Assembly: GCA_965262915.1 (NCBI GenBank)
Contig: OZ253564.1
Location: forward strand, 768,001-832,000
Direction: 5' to 3'
Source of the DNA: Candidatus Spongiisociaceae bacterium
Lineage (GTDB): Bacteria; Actinomycetota; Acidimicrobiia; Spongiisociales; Spongiisociaceae
Length of the DNA: 64,000 nt
Part shown: positions 29,609 to 39,518 of the stretch, one piece after another
Layout: each line of letters starts with the position of its first letter
How positions within the stretch are numbered: position 1 is the stretch's first letter
Translations under genes and position numbers: made by a program
Notes under the pieces: model-generated
Seen by the model: only the letters and a program-made list of their open reading frames with translations
Told to the model about the DNA's origin: nothing
Database searches by the model: none

Positions 29609-30358
29609 TTATGGGACGATGGGCTGGAAGGCAGGGCTGGAAAGCGGCTGGTAGTTATCTGGCCACGGGGCGGTCAGACGGCAGAGGAGGCGCATACTCG
29701 GAGCCACGCCAGGGGGGTTGACGTGTTCGGCGGTGATGGAGATAATGTCCTCGCCGATGCGATCGCGGAGGCCGTGGACCGTCTCGACCAGGTAATCCGG
29801 TACCCAACCCACAGGAGCGTAATCCGGGGTGGCGATGAGGATGGCTTGAGGATTCACCTCATTGTGGGGGTCGTCCACGAGGATCAGGCGATCGCCGGAC
29901 TGCAACGCCGTGACAGCTTCTGAAGCGCCCTCGCGGTGGCGGATCCCGCGGACGAAGAACAAAGTGGTGAGGTTGGCGTCTTCGGTGCGGATTGGTGGGG
30001 CGAACACCTCGATGCGGTCGGTCACCTTCCGGCCGTCGTTGCGGGCCATCACCTCGAAGGGGTCGCTATCGATGTCTAGGCCAAGTTTCTTAACATACTG
30101 ACCGTAGTCCGGGCGGCGGCGCGGCATTTGGCGGTTACGAAAGACGGGAAACAGTTTCTCGCTCTCATAGACCCGGTGAAGATCAGGCAGGCCCGGCAAA
30201 CGCGGGAAGCCCTGAAGGGATTTGGAGGCCTTCAGATAGACGAACCGGTAGGACTCCGAGCCGTTCAACACAGTTTGGGTGAGCAGGCCTACAGGGCGGA
30301 TCCGGCCCTCGGGGTGGCGCCAGGTGACATACAGGTTGGATTCGGCGCGCTCGGTCAT
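29609..30358 (-). CDS. HIRAN-domain protein, partner of the HipA-like kinase
   Basis: LYVTWRHP...PVGLL, LFPVFRNR.MP.RRPD, C-terminal FFVRGIRH...NEVNPQAI...VGWVP. Confidence 0.82.
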   Translation of the reverse strand: MTERAESNLYVTWRHPEGRIRPVGLLTQTVLNGSESYRFVYLKASKSLQGFPRLPGLPDLHRVYESEKLFPVFRNRQMPRRRPDYGQYVKKLGLDIDSDPFEVMARNDGRKVTDRIEVFAPPIRTEDANLTTLFFVRGIRHREGASEAVTALQSGDRLILVDDPHNEVNPQAILIATPDYAPVGWVPDYLVETVHGLRDRIGEDIISITAEHVNPPGVAPSMRLLCRLTAPWPDNYQPLSSPAFQPIVP

Positions 30359-30840
30359 CCGTTTCTCCACCACGAAAAAAGGGGCCTCCTTCAGCCTAGC
30401 GAGGGTTGGAACTGGGTCAGTCGCGCCCAGTTGCGACGCATAACCCGCTCGGCGAAGGCCTCGGGTGGGTAGTTGCGATCTTTGGACGACATCTGTTCTA
30501 GCCTTTGTGGGTCGCTTAACAGGAACCCGAGACTCGAGGCATGATCGAAGGTAGGGGCCAGATAGCGGCCGGACTCAGACACGATAACGGCCCAGTTCTC
30601 CTCATGGCGGTCAGTGTTGCCGATGAGGGCGTCCAGTACAAGATACCCGACGAACACTTCCCAAGCCGATAAACCGTCCAAAGCGCTTGCAGGAGCCTGA
30701 TAGTCTTCCAGCGCCCGATGGATGGCCTCAACCGTATATGAACTTCGGTCGCTGACAGTTACGTAGTCGCCTTGTTCGGCAAGCAACGCATTCCCGTGAA
30801 CCAAGTCCTCGGTCGCGTTGAGTACAGAACGACATATCGT

Positions 30841-32275
30841 GGCTCTTCGGAAATGAGTGGGGAGTAGGGGATCTGCCAGGGGGAGTTGGAATCCACCAGA
30901 AGTGATGGGGGGTCCTCCATAATCGGGTGTTGGTAACGACATCCGAGGCAGGAGGACCCCTGTGGAAGCTGATCCTACGCGCATGTGCGAGTTGTTGGTA
31001 GGCCTAGGTGAGGTTGATCTGGTGGGGATCAACGACTCGGGCGAGGGTGCACCGCTTGGGGTGGTGATCGGGTCCCGCAAGCCCCGCCCGTTGTGTGTGG
31101 CATGTGGCGGCCCGGTGTGGTCCAAGGGTCACAGAACGGTTGTGTTGGTGGATTTACCGGCGTTCGGCCGTCCGGTTCGGCTGCGGTGGCGGAAACGCCG
31201 CTGGACGTGCCCGAACACCGACTGTGAGATCAGATCGTTCATCGAACAAGACCCCACGATTGGTCCCCAACGGGCGTTGTTGACATCCCGAGCGGCCCGG
31301 TGGGTGACCATCCAGGTCGGTCGGCGGGGCCGTCCGATCCAAGAGGTCGCCGCAGAGTTGGGTTGTGATTGGCATACGGTGAACAAAGAGGTTGGCCGCT
31401 GGGGCGAAGCGCTGCTGGGGGCCGACACCGATCGGATAGGCGAGGTCGGGGCTGTGGGCATCGACAAGAAGCGTTGTTCTGGCGGAAAGGCCGGTGGCGC
31501 ACCAAGGTTTGGTGCACCTCTGTCGTCGACGTTGGCGGCCACCAGCTGATCGACATAGTCGGTGGTAGAACAGCTGAAAGCGCCGCAGCCTGGTTCCGGT
31601 CACAACCCACCGAATGGTGTGAGGCTATCCGCTGGGCGGTGTTGGACATGTCCGGTCCTTACCGGAAGGCGTATAACCGGGTGTTACCGCACGCTCTCCA
31701 GGTAGCAGACCCCTTCCACGTCATACGCCTCGCCAACCAGCGACTCGACGAAGTACGACGAAGAGTCCAAAACGAAACCCTCGGGCATCGAGGCCGCAAG
31801 GATGACCCGCTGTATCGGATACGGCGGCTCCTAACCGCCGCGCATGAGAGGATCAGCGACCGGGGTCAAACACGCCTGCGTGGTCTCCTCGATGCTGGTG
31901 ACCCCTACGGGGAGGTACGCACAGCCTGGCACGCGAAGGAAACGGTACGAGGCATCTACGGGATCGAGAGTCCCGCCCTCGCTCTCCGATACACCCTCCA
32001 GCTCGCAGACGACCTCCAACACGAATCCTGCCCACCCGAGATCAACAAGCTAGGTCGCACCATCGCCCGCTGGACCCCCCAGATCACCAACTGGCACATC
32101 TCGAAGGTAACCAACGGACCCACCGAAGCCCTCAACAACCTCATCAAACGCATCAAACGAGCAGCGTTCGGGTTTCGCAACTTCGCGAACTACCGAATCC
32201 GCGCCCTTCTCTACGCCGGGAAACCCAACTGGGACCTCCTCGCCACCGTCACTCCCCACTGAAATCCGAAGAGCC
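30841..32275 (+). mobile_element. ISL3-family insertion sequence, copy 2
   Basis: Same TIRs as copy 1; 8-bp TSD CATATCGT at 30833-30840 and 32276-32283. Confidence 0.96.
30962..32262 (+). pseudogene. ISL3 transposase with a +2 frameshift near 31465
   Basis: gacaagaagcgttg here versus gacgagacgttg in copy 1, breaking the GVDE motif; element is 1435 bp versus 1433 bp. Confidence 0.85.
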
Positions 32276-32860
32276 CATATCGTTCCGTACACGTCCTCTT
32301 CACCCTTGGAGTCGACACAGAGCTCAACCCGGGCTGCCGGCAGGCCCAACACGCCGGCTACGCCGTACGCGATCCGCTCAGCCCAGTCGTCGCCCTTTCG
32401 GTACTTCGAGCCGTGTCTTGGCGTGCTGAACGTGGCATCTTTCATGAGCCAGCGCTCTTCAGTGTCCGGCTCGACCAGCCAGCGCTTCGGCTTGGTTCCC
32501 AGAACCTCCTCTCCAGAGAGTGCCCACTCGCTGACGTCGATCTCGACGTATCGGGGTGGGCGCTCGCTCAAACCTTCAGCCATCACCACTGGAGCGTAAC
32601 CAACCGAAGAACAACACCGAGGCCGACTGCCCGACCGCTGGAGACACCACACACCGGCTCCGGATCATCCCTGAGCAGGTCAGCGCGGTCGGACAGAGCG
32701 CCAATCCCGGACTAGCTGGGGGCGCTTGCCGTTGGGGGAGCGCCATGGCGGCCCAAGAGCGGGGTCGCTTCTGGTTTGGTTCGGCTCCCCTGGCTCATTG
32801 GCTGCCACGTCCCGGGCCCTGGTCTACTTTCCTGAGGATCACGGGCCACGGGGCCACGGC

Positions 32861-34171
32861 TCAGAATATGGTCGTTGCGGTGTCGACGATGTTGTAGTCG
32901 TCGTCGTCGACGACGAGCAGGACCCGCCACTTGTCGAGGGTGGTGCAGGGATGCGATATGCCCACCCGGACCGGTGTCCCCACGGGGAGGTCGGCAGGGT
33001 TGTCCGGCCGTACAAAGGCATGCTGGTCGTTCAGCTCGACGATGGGGAACGGTCCGTCCCCGCCCCTGGGGAGGGGGTCGATGACCGAAGGCAAGCCTTC
33101 ATCGAAGCCGATGTCCCGGCGCCCGACATTGAGCAGGGCAAGGTCGATCTGAGGTCTCGATACGACGGTGGCGCCCACCTCCAGCGCCCCCTGGAAGGGG
33201 GTGTAGGCCCAGCCGGGCTGGATGCTGGGCCCCATCGCGGCATAGTGACCGTGATCGTGAACCAGGTAGCAGCCGGACCGCAGGACCAGCCGGTAGGAGT
33301 CGATAGAGGCGAGTTCGTGCCTGATGTATTCGCTGACGATCTCGAAGATCTCCGAGCCCCCGATGGTCAGCACGGGCGGCTCGGTGGTGTCGAAGACCCC
33401 ATTGCGGTGGAAGTCCCGAAAGATGCCTGTGACCGATTCCAGGTAGGCGTTGACCGAAGCCAGGCTCTCCGGTGAGCGGTCCTCGCCGGCGGGACCTTCG
33501 TACGCTCCTATCCCGCCGACCACCGCGGTGCCGGTCTGCCCGATCTCGCGGGCCACGGCTTCGGCCTCGTCCTGGCTGCGGCAGCCCGTCCGCCCGTTCG
33601 GTACTCCGATGTCGATCAGGAACCGCAGACCGGTCGGCTCCACACCCGTGCTGTCGATGGCCGCGCGGTAGGCCCTCACCACCGCTACCGAGTCGACGAA
33701 GCTGTACACCTCCACGTCGGGCTGTTCCGCCAGACGGACCAGACTCTCCAGTGACCGGGGATCGGCCGCCTCGTTGGCCAGGAGGATCCGGCGTACCCCG
33801 AAGCGGTGGGCGGTGACGGCCTGGTGTGGTAGCGCAACGGTGAGGGCCCAGGTTCCGTGCTCGAACTGGAGCTTCCACAAGGCCGGCGCCATGGTCGTCT
33901 TGCCGTGCGGAGCGAGGAGGACGTTGTTGTCGGAGCAGTAGCGGCCCATCACCTCTGCGTTGTGATGCAGGGCGCTCCGCCGGAGCAGGGCGAACGGGGT
34001 GGGGAGGTCCTGCAGGGCGTTCAAGCCGGTCGCCGCCAGCCCGGCGGGCGTCCAGGACCCGTCACCACGTTCGGGGGGGAGACCTTTCAACCCCGGAGGC
34101 AGGGGAATACCGTCGAGTGATCGGAGAGCCTCCTCCATCACGTCGTAGTCAATTCCGGCTGGGTTTGGCAT
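32861..34171 (-). CDS. Fold-type III PLP enzyme (D-serine dehydratase/D-threonine aldolase-like)
   Basis: LAPHGKTTMAP, GRTGCR, YEG, LRSGCYLVHDHG, LNDQH, ISHPCTTLDKW. Confidence 0.88.
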   Translation of the reverse strand: MPNPAGIDYDVMEEALRSLDGIPLPPGLKGLPPERGDGSWTPAGLAATGLNALQDLPTPFALLRRSALHHNAEVMGRYCSDNNVLLAPHGKTTMAPALWKLQFEHGTWALTVALPHQAVTAHRFGVRRILLANEAADPRSLESLVRLAEQPDVEVYSFVDSVAVVRAYRAAIDSTGVEPTGLRFLIDIGVPNGRTGCRSQDEAEAVAREIGQTGTAVVGGIGAYEGPAGEDRSPESLASVNAYLESVTGIFRDFHRNGVFDTTEPPVLTIGGSEIFEIVSEYIRHELASIDSYRLVLRSGCYLVHDHGHYAAMGPSIQPGWAYTPFQGALEVGATVVSRPQIDLALLNVGRRDIGFDEGLPSVIDPLPRGGDGPFPIVELNDQHAFVRPDNPADLPVGTPVRVGISHPCTTLDKWRVLLVVDDDDYNIVDTATTIF

Positions 34172-34298
34172 AGTTTCTCCATGGCGGCGGTCTGGCTGCC
34201 CGTGCTACGGTCATCCTACATCGTTGCTTCGATGCGTCCCCGATGTAACGACTGACGGGACATGGTGTTGGTTGTCGATACGCGGGGTCTCGATCGGA

Positions 34299-35222
34299 AT
34301 GCTCACTATCCCACCGGGCGACATCAAGTTCGACTACAGCCCTCTGCACGAGCCGGTGGCCACCGTCGGCTTGGGCGAACGGGCCGTAGTACGCACCGTC
34401 GACTGCTTCACGGGGAGGTTCCAGACCCCTGGAGGCTTCACCGAGGAGAACGTGCGCTGGACCCACGAGAACCTCGACGGGGTGACAGGGCCCATTGCTG
34501 TGGAAGGCGTCCAAGCCGGCGACACGATCGCGATCACCCTCCATTCGGTCAAACCCACCACGGTCGGGTCGGTGGTGCTCAGCAGGTGCGAGGCTCACTC
34601 GCCGTACGACTGGTGGGAGGAGGAGTTCGCCTGCAACGGTCTGGAGATCGACGGGGACACCATCGATGTCTTCGGGATCCGCCTCCCGATCGACCCTGTG
34701 GTGGGCTGTATTGCTGTGGCCCCGGCCCGGGAGTCCGTCCTGAGCATCAAGCAGGGACGGTACGGGGGCAACCTCGACTGCGATCTCATCAAGGAAGGGG
34801 CCACCGTTCTACTCGCAGCGGAGAGGGAAGGGGCCTTCCTGTACCTGGGTGACAGCAAGGCCGTGATCGGGCGGGGAGAGGTGTGCCAGCCTCCCGAGAT
34901 CGGTACCGACATCGAGATCAGCGTCGAGGTGGTGGAGGGGATCGACGGCGCCTGCCTGGTGGGACCCCGGCTCGTGTCGGAGGACACGATCGCCTCGATC
35001 GTGTCCTACACCAGCCTGGCGGAGGCCGGCCGTCTGGCCTTCAAGGACCTGCTCGACTGGCTGGACGGAGGTACCGACATGTCACGACCGGAGTTGGGCG
35101 TCTTCATGGCGTCCGTGGCCGACCTGGGCGTGTGCCAGGTTTCCAACAGCCTGTACACGGCCCACTGCGAGATACCGCGCGACTACGTGGAACGGCTCGA
35201 AGCGAGGCTGGGCCCGGCCTGA
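34299..35222 (+). CDS. Acetamidase/formamidase family protein
   Basis: TVDCF, TGPIAVEG, YGGNLD, LYLGD....GRGEV. Confidence 0.85.
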   Translation: MLTIPPGDIKFDYSPLHEPVATVGLGERAVVRTVDCFTGRFQTPGGFTEENVRWTHENLDGVTGPIAVEGVQAGDTIAITLHSVKPTTVGSVVLSRCEAHSPYDWWEEEFACNGLEIDGDTIDVFGIRLPIDPVVGCIAVAPARESVLSIKQGRYGGNLDCDLIKEGATVLLAAEREGAFLYLGDSKAVIGRGEVCQPPEIGTDIEISVEVVEGIDGACLVGPRLVSEDTIASIVSYTSLAEAGRLAFKDLLDWLDGGTDMSRPELGVFMASVADLGVCQVSNSLYTAHCEIPRDYVERLEARLGPA

Positions 35223-35263
35223 GCCGAGGACCCACCCGGCGGGGCGCGGCGCGGTAGGTGGCG

Positions 35264-35638
35264 TCAGGAAGAGGTTGACGGGCGCCGCCAAGCGGACACC
35301 AACTGCCGCAGCTCCTGCACCTGCTCTGTGTCGAGTGCGACGATGGCCATGGTCCCGTCGACCTCGTCCGTCTCGACGCGCAGTTTCAAGGCAGCGCGCC
35401 GGTCGTAGTGGAAGCTGAGGTGACCCCGCATGGTCTCGAAGCTACCTCTGCCCGGTAGATCTCCGCCGGCGAGCCTCAGCAGATTGGCGAAAGAATCGAT
35501 GGGTACTGTCACCTTCTCGATCTGGTTTGACCCGGGCGACGATCCCTCGGCGGTCACCACGATCCGGTCACTGTAGGGAGACAGCGTCAGTATCTTGTCG
35601 GGAGAAACGAAGCTCGACATCTCGCATACGTCCGGCAT
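35264..35638 (-). CDS. Hypothetical protein
   Basis: 124-aa ORF with globular composition; no motif recognised. Confidence 0.45.
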   Translation of the reverse strand: MPDVCEMSSFVSPDKILTLSPYSDRIVVTAEGSSPGSNQIEKVTVPIDSFANLLRLAGGDLPGRGSFETMRGHLSFHYDRRAALKLRVETDEVDGTMAIVALDTEQVQELRQLVSAWRRPSTSS

Positions 35639-35654
35639 CGAAACCGTACCCGGG

Positions 35655-36110
35655 TCATCGCCGGTATCCGCCAGAGGATGGGACTCCAGAAGCCGGTTCA
35701 GGAACTCGGACAGGTCGCGAACCTTCTCGCGTCGGATGGTCGAGCCGGCGCCATCCCCATCCTGATAGCTCCGGCACCGGATATCGCAGTAGTCGGAGTA
35801 GCTTCTGAAGGTAAGCGTTCCATCGGCGCCCCGGATGGTCGATTCGATGCTGAGGTCCGGGTCGGCGGGCAGCTGTTACCACCCTACTCAGATCGAGGAC
35901 ATCGACCTGCACTCTGGCGACGTCGCGGCCTTTCCACATGCCCCAACCCTTCACGGTGACGGCCACGCTGTGCCGGTCGGCGGCCACGACGCGTACTCGG
36001 CGTGACCAGTCGAAGAGCAGATGGCTGGTTGCTGTGAACTTGTTCCGGCGACTGATCGAGGGCCTCCCCTCGGTTGCTTCCCGCACACCATGTCGGATCG
36101 TCACCACCAT
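35655..36110 (-). CDS. Hypothetical protein, possibly a fragment
   Basis: 151-aa ORF on the same strand just upstream; no motif recognised. Confidence 0.25.
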   Translation of the reverse strand: MVVTIRHGVREATEGRPSISRRNKFTATSHLLFDWSRRVRVVAADRHSVAVTVKGWGMWKGRDVARVQVDVLDLSRVVTAARRPGPQHRIDHPGRRWNAYLQKLLRLLRYPVPELSGWGWRRLDHPTREGSRPVRVPEPASGVPSSGGYRR

Positions 36111-36218
36111 CGTGGGCGGCTACCAAGTTTAGGGGGTAATTGTTCAACATGACGATAGTTATCCTGTCCAGGAGTGATAGTCGTCGCGCGGGGTCGTTCC
36201 TGCGGTACGCTCCTAGTC

Positions 36219-37277
36219 ATGGAGGCGCAGACCGTTCTAGGGCCGGTACCGGTGGATCAACTCGGGGCGACCTTGATGCACGAGCACGTTCTCGTCGACC
36301 TCACCTGCTACTGGAGCGAGCCGGACGATCCCGCCGACCGTGAACTGGCCCGGGTGAAGGTGGCCGACGTGAGCCGTTACACGATCCTCGGTACTCCGGT
36401 GGGACGTACCACGATGATGATCCTCGACAACCTGGTGCTCGACGACGTGGGGATGGCCGCCGGCGAACTCGCGCACTTCGGGAACGCCGGAGGTGGGACC
36501 ATCGTGGATCTCACCCTGGACGGGATCGGTACCGGTCCGCAACGGCGCCGCGACATCCTGGGCGTGCGTGAGGTGTCGGCACGCTCCGGGGTTCACATCG
36601 TGGCGGGGACCGGCTATTACGTCCACCTTTCCCATCCGGATCACGTTGCCTCCTCCAGCGCTCCGCAACTCGCCAGGGAGATGGTCACCGAACTGCAGGA
36701 GGGCATCGCCGGCACCGGGGTGAGGGCGGGGATCATCGGTGAGATCGGCCTGTCGGCAGAGCCGCATCCCGACGAACTCAAGGTACTGGAGGCGGCAGCC
36801 ATCGCCTCGCTGGAGACCGGTTTCACGATCAACCTGCACATCGAGCCGGGTTCTCCCACCGGTCATCACGCCGCCGAATGGCTGCTCGGCAGGTCTGTTC
36901 CCCCCTCCCGGATAGTGGTCGGCCATGTCGACGGCTTCATCGACCGCGACTACCTGGCCGGCCTACTGTCGCTGGGTGTGACGATCGAGTTCGAGGGTTT
37001 CCATCTGGACGGGTGGAAGGGCGGGCGGTTCGGATTCGACAGCGCCACCGACGCGGAGCGGATCGATGTCCTGGCCCGGCTGGTCACTGATGGCTACGCC
37101 CCCCAGATCGTGCTTGCTCAGGATCTGTGCACCAAGCAGATGTACCGGCGCTACGGAGGCGTTGGCTACGACTTCGTCCCCGCAGGGGTGGTGCCCCGCC
37201 TCGAAGATGCAGGCGTACCTTCGTCGGCCATCAACACCATGCTGGTCCACAACCCAGCCAAGCTCTTGGCGCGGTAG
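36219..37277 (+). CDS. Phosphotriesterase-family amidohydrolase
   Basis: QTVLGP, TLMHEH, GGGTIVDLT, VAGTGYY, AGIIGEIG, GHVD, LVHNP. Confidence 0.92.
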   Translation: MEAQTVLGPVPVDQLGATLMHEHVLVDLTCYWSEPDDPADRELARVKVADVSRYTILGTPVGRTTMMILDNLVLDDVGMAAGELAHFGNAGGGTIVDLTLDGIGTGPQRRRDILGVREVSARSGVHIVAGTGYYVHLSHPDHVASSSAPQLAREMVTELQEGIAGTGVRAGIIGEIGLSAEPHPDELKVLEAAAIASLETGFTINLHIEPGSPTGHHAAEWLLGRSVPPSRIVVGHVDGFIDRDYLAGLLSLGVTIEFEGFHLDGWKGGRFGFDSATDAERIDVLARLVTDGYAPQIVLAQDLCTKQMYRRYGGVGYDFVPAGVVPRLEDAGVPSSAINTMLVHNPAKLLAR

Positions 37278-37488
37278 CTCTTTAGCCTATAGGTTGGGGC
37301 CGGCACGGATAGAGTCGGCGGGAGGCTGAGACGTGATCGCTTTTCAAGACCGATGCGGGGCCCGTCATAATCGCAAGTGTGTTCCCCTCCTTAATCTGGC
37401 CGTGTACGCAGAGACCTTCTCAGCCCTCCGCCCCGCATTCCGTAAGGCTTGTGATCATGGCGTCCTCGGTCAGCAAAGCCTCGGATTC

Positions 37489-38097
37489 CTACTGCCCCTC
37501 AAGCCATGTCCGGAGCTCCGCCAAACGCTCCAGGGCCCGTTCGAGGCTGGGTGATTGATTGCGCGCACGGTCCGGACTCCAGCTGCTACGAACATATTCG
37601 CGGATGATCGCGACATACTCAGGACCAATCCGGCGGCCACTACCCGGGCGGGGAGGTACACCCTCCCTGATGTCCTTACTTCGTGACCTTCGGCAGAGAT
37701 CAATCAGATGTTGCTTGGGGTCGTCCAGTTCGTCGACCCTGTGGGGAAGCCGGCGGCCTATCGCAAAGTAATGGGCAAAGGCCTGATGGTCAGCCAGCAA
37801 CCAGGCTTCGGTGGCCCGAACCGCCAAGCGGAAGCACATCCCTCCTCGGGTCTGGCCCTTCATTAGGTTCGAGCGAAGTGCGGGGATGCATAGACGGTTG
37901 TCGTCATGGTCTAGATCGTGGATCACGAACCACGCGAGGGTACGAGCAGTCCTGTTCAGGCCGGGTAGCTTCCTGTCGAGGTAACCCTTACCGTATGCAG
38001 TCAGAGTGTGTCTGGGGATCAGTCCGGCACTCTTGAGCAGTGTTTCCGCAACCGGTTCGTCAGTGGGTCCTTCGACTGCGTAACGGACATAGCGCAT
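37489..38097 (-). CDS. DUF4276-like TOPRIM-related protein
   Basis: AVEGPTD, DLD, EAWLLAD, DPK, SPSL; coupled to the upstream ATPase. Confidence 0.78.
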   Translation of the reverse strand: MRYVRYAVEGPTDEPVAETLLKSAGLIPRHTLTAYGKGYLDRKLPGLNRTARTLAWFVIHDLDHDDNRLCIPALRSNLMKGQTRGGMCFRLAVRATEAWLLADHQAFAHYFAIGRRLPHRVDELDDPKQHLIDLCRRSRSKDIREGVPPRPGSGRRIGPEYVAIIREYVRSSWSPDRARNQSPSLERALERLAELRTWLEGQ

Positions 38098-39251
38098 CAG
38101 AGGAGCGTCAGCTGTTGAGCCGTCGGCGGCGCGGTTTCAGACCCCAGTATCTCGGCCAGGGTGATGCCGGCATCGAGCAGAATGTCGATTTCCGATATCT
38201 CAGCTGCTGATATGCCGGTCGTCCCCTCGTCGCCGGGTTTGAGGACCAGCACCTCGTCTAGGCCCAATCCGGGGTCCTCTAGCAGTTCGGTTGAGTGGGT
38301 AGACAGGATTATCTGAGACCTGCCGTGGCGGGCCGCGCGACTCAGAACGGTGGGGAGTTGCCGGACGATGGAGGTATGCAGCGACAGTTCTGGCTCCTCG
38401 AGCAGGATGATCCTGCCCGCCTTGCCGGCCCGCTCCTGGATCAGCCACAACAACCCGATCAGGCGCAAGGTTCCATCCGAGAAGTCGTGCTCGTTCTGTT
38501 TGGCACCCGTCTTACGCCAGTGCTTGTAACGGGCTTGTAGGTGGGGCCGCCCGGCTTCGTCGCGCTCTAGAGACAGATCCTCGAGCTGAGGAACGACGCA
38601 GCGAAGCGCGGTGTTTATTCGATTGAGGCGAGCAACTCTCGTCTTCTCCCGCGTCTTGGCCATCCTCACCAAGAAGTCGCTGCCGAACGGTCCCCCGCCG
38701 GGTCCTTGACCCAATCCGGGGTCACGAATCAATTGAGGTACCAAGTGTAGGTAGCGAACCGCATCCAGAAACTCGACAACAGGCCGAAAATCGCGGTTCG
38801 AGTTGACCTGTTCCGTGGCGGTCTGGGTCAAACGTTCTTCGTCTGCCCTATCGTCGCGATCTGGGCGATCAATGATGGTCTTTCCGTCTTTGCTAACGAC
38901 CTCGCGGCGAATGATGGGACGATGGCGACCCCGTTGCTCGGCCGTGAAATGGAGCCGGTAGGTCCATGTTGGCTCGTTTCCGGCAGATCCGAGGGTTAGC
39001 TCCAGGCCGACCCTCCCGTAGTTGAAGTTTCTGGCAGCCAGGCATCTGACGCGCTTGAGTCCGCCGCGGGTCTTGACAGCGTGCTGCAGTCCTCCGCCGT
39101 CAGTAGCAACATCGCGTAGGAACCTCAATGCGTCGAGGAGGTTCGATTTACCCGAGGCGTTAGGGCCGACCACAAATAAGCGATTGCCCAGGGAGACATC
39201 GACCGTTTTGAAGTTGCGCCAGTTCATCAATGAGAGATGGTCGATCCGCAT
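38097..39251 (-). CDS. AAA_21/ABC-type ATPase
   Basis: NWRNF, Walker A GPNASGKS, signature SDGTLR, Walker B LLEEPE, STHS. Confidence 0.9.
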   Translation of the reverse strand: MRIDHLSLMNWRNFKTVDVSLGNRLFVVGPNASGKSNLLDALRFLRDVATDGGGLQHAVKTRGGLKRVRCLAARNFNYGRVGLELTLGSAGNEPTWTYRLHFTAEQRGRHRPIIRREVVSKDGKTIIDRPDRDDRADEERLTQTATEQVNSNRDFRPVVEFLDAVRYLHLVPQLIRDPGLGQGPGGGPFGSDFLVRMAKTREKTRVARLNRINTALRCVVPQLEDLSLERDEAGRPHLQARYKHWRKTGAKQNEHDFSDGTLRLIGLLWLIQERAGKAGRIILLEEPELSLHTSIVRQLPTVLSRAARHGRSQIILSTHSTELLEDPGLGLDEVLVLKPGDEGTTGISAAEISEIDILLDAGITLAEILGSETAPPTAQQLTLL

Positions 39252-39518
39252 CTGGCTCAGTCCTCGTCTCTCCCGGTTCTCGCCATACCGTGATTCCGGG
39301 CGTTCCTTCCGAAATCGATCACAATCCCTGGTCGTATCCCGGGCAGGATTGCGGGCCGGAAGACCATCCGAGAGTAGCTGATCCAATAATCTTCCCTTTG
39401 CCGTCCCGCTCCGGTAGAGAGGCCCAGGCAAGATTTGCCGGTTTCCGGGACGCCTCCGGGGAGTGCATCGTATACTCGATTCCGTGTCCCTAGAGGGGTC
39501 ACGAAGATTGGAGATGCC

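Larger units (their letters stand above)
30391..32583 (-). pseudogene. HipA/CtkA-like kinase interrupted by ISL3 copy 2
   Basis: 5' piece 32583-32276 (LGTKPKRW..LMK..GDDWAE) joins in frame across the TSD to 3' piece 30840-30391 (LDALIGNTDRHEENW..LAPTFDHASSLG). Confidence 0.88.

Noticed and set aside
14627-32275. Composite transposon formed by the two ISL3 copies
   Set aside because: Each copy has its own matched TSD and the outer flanks differ.
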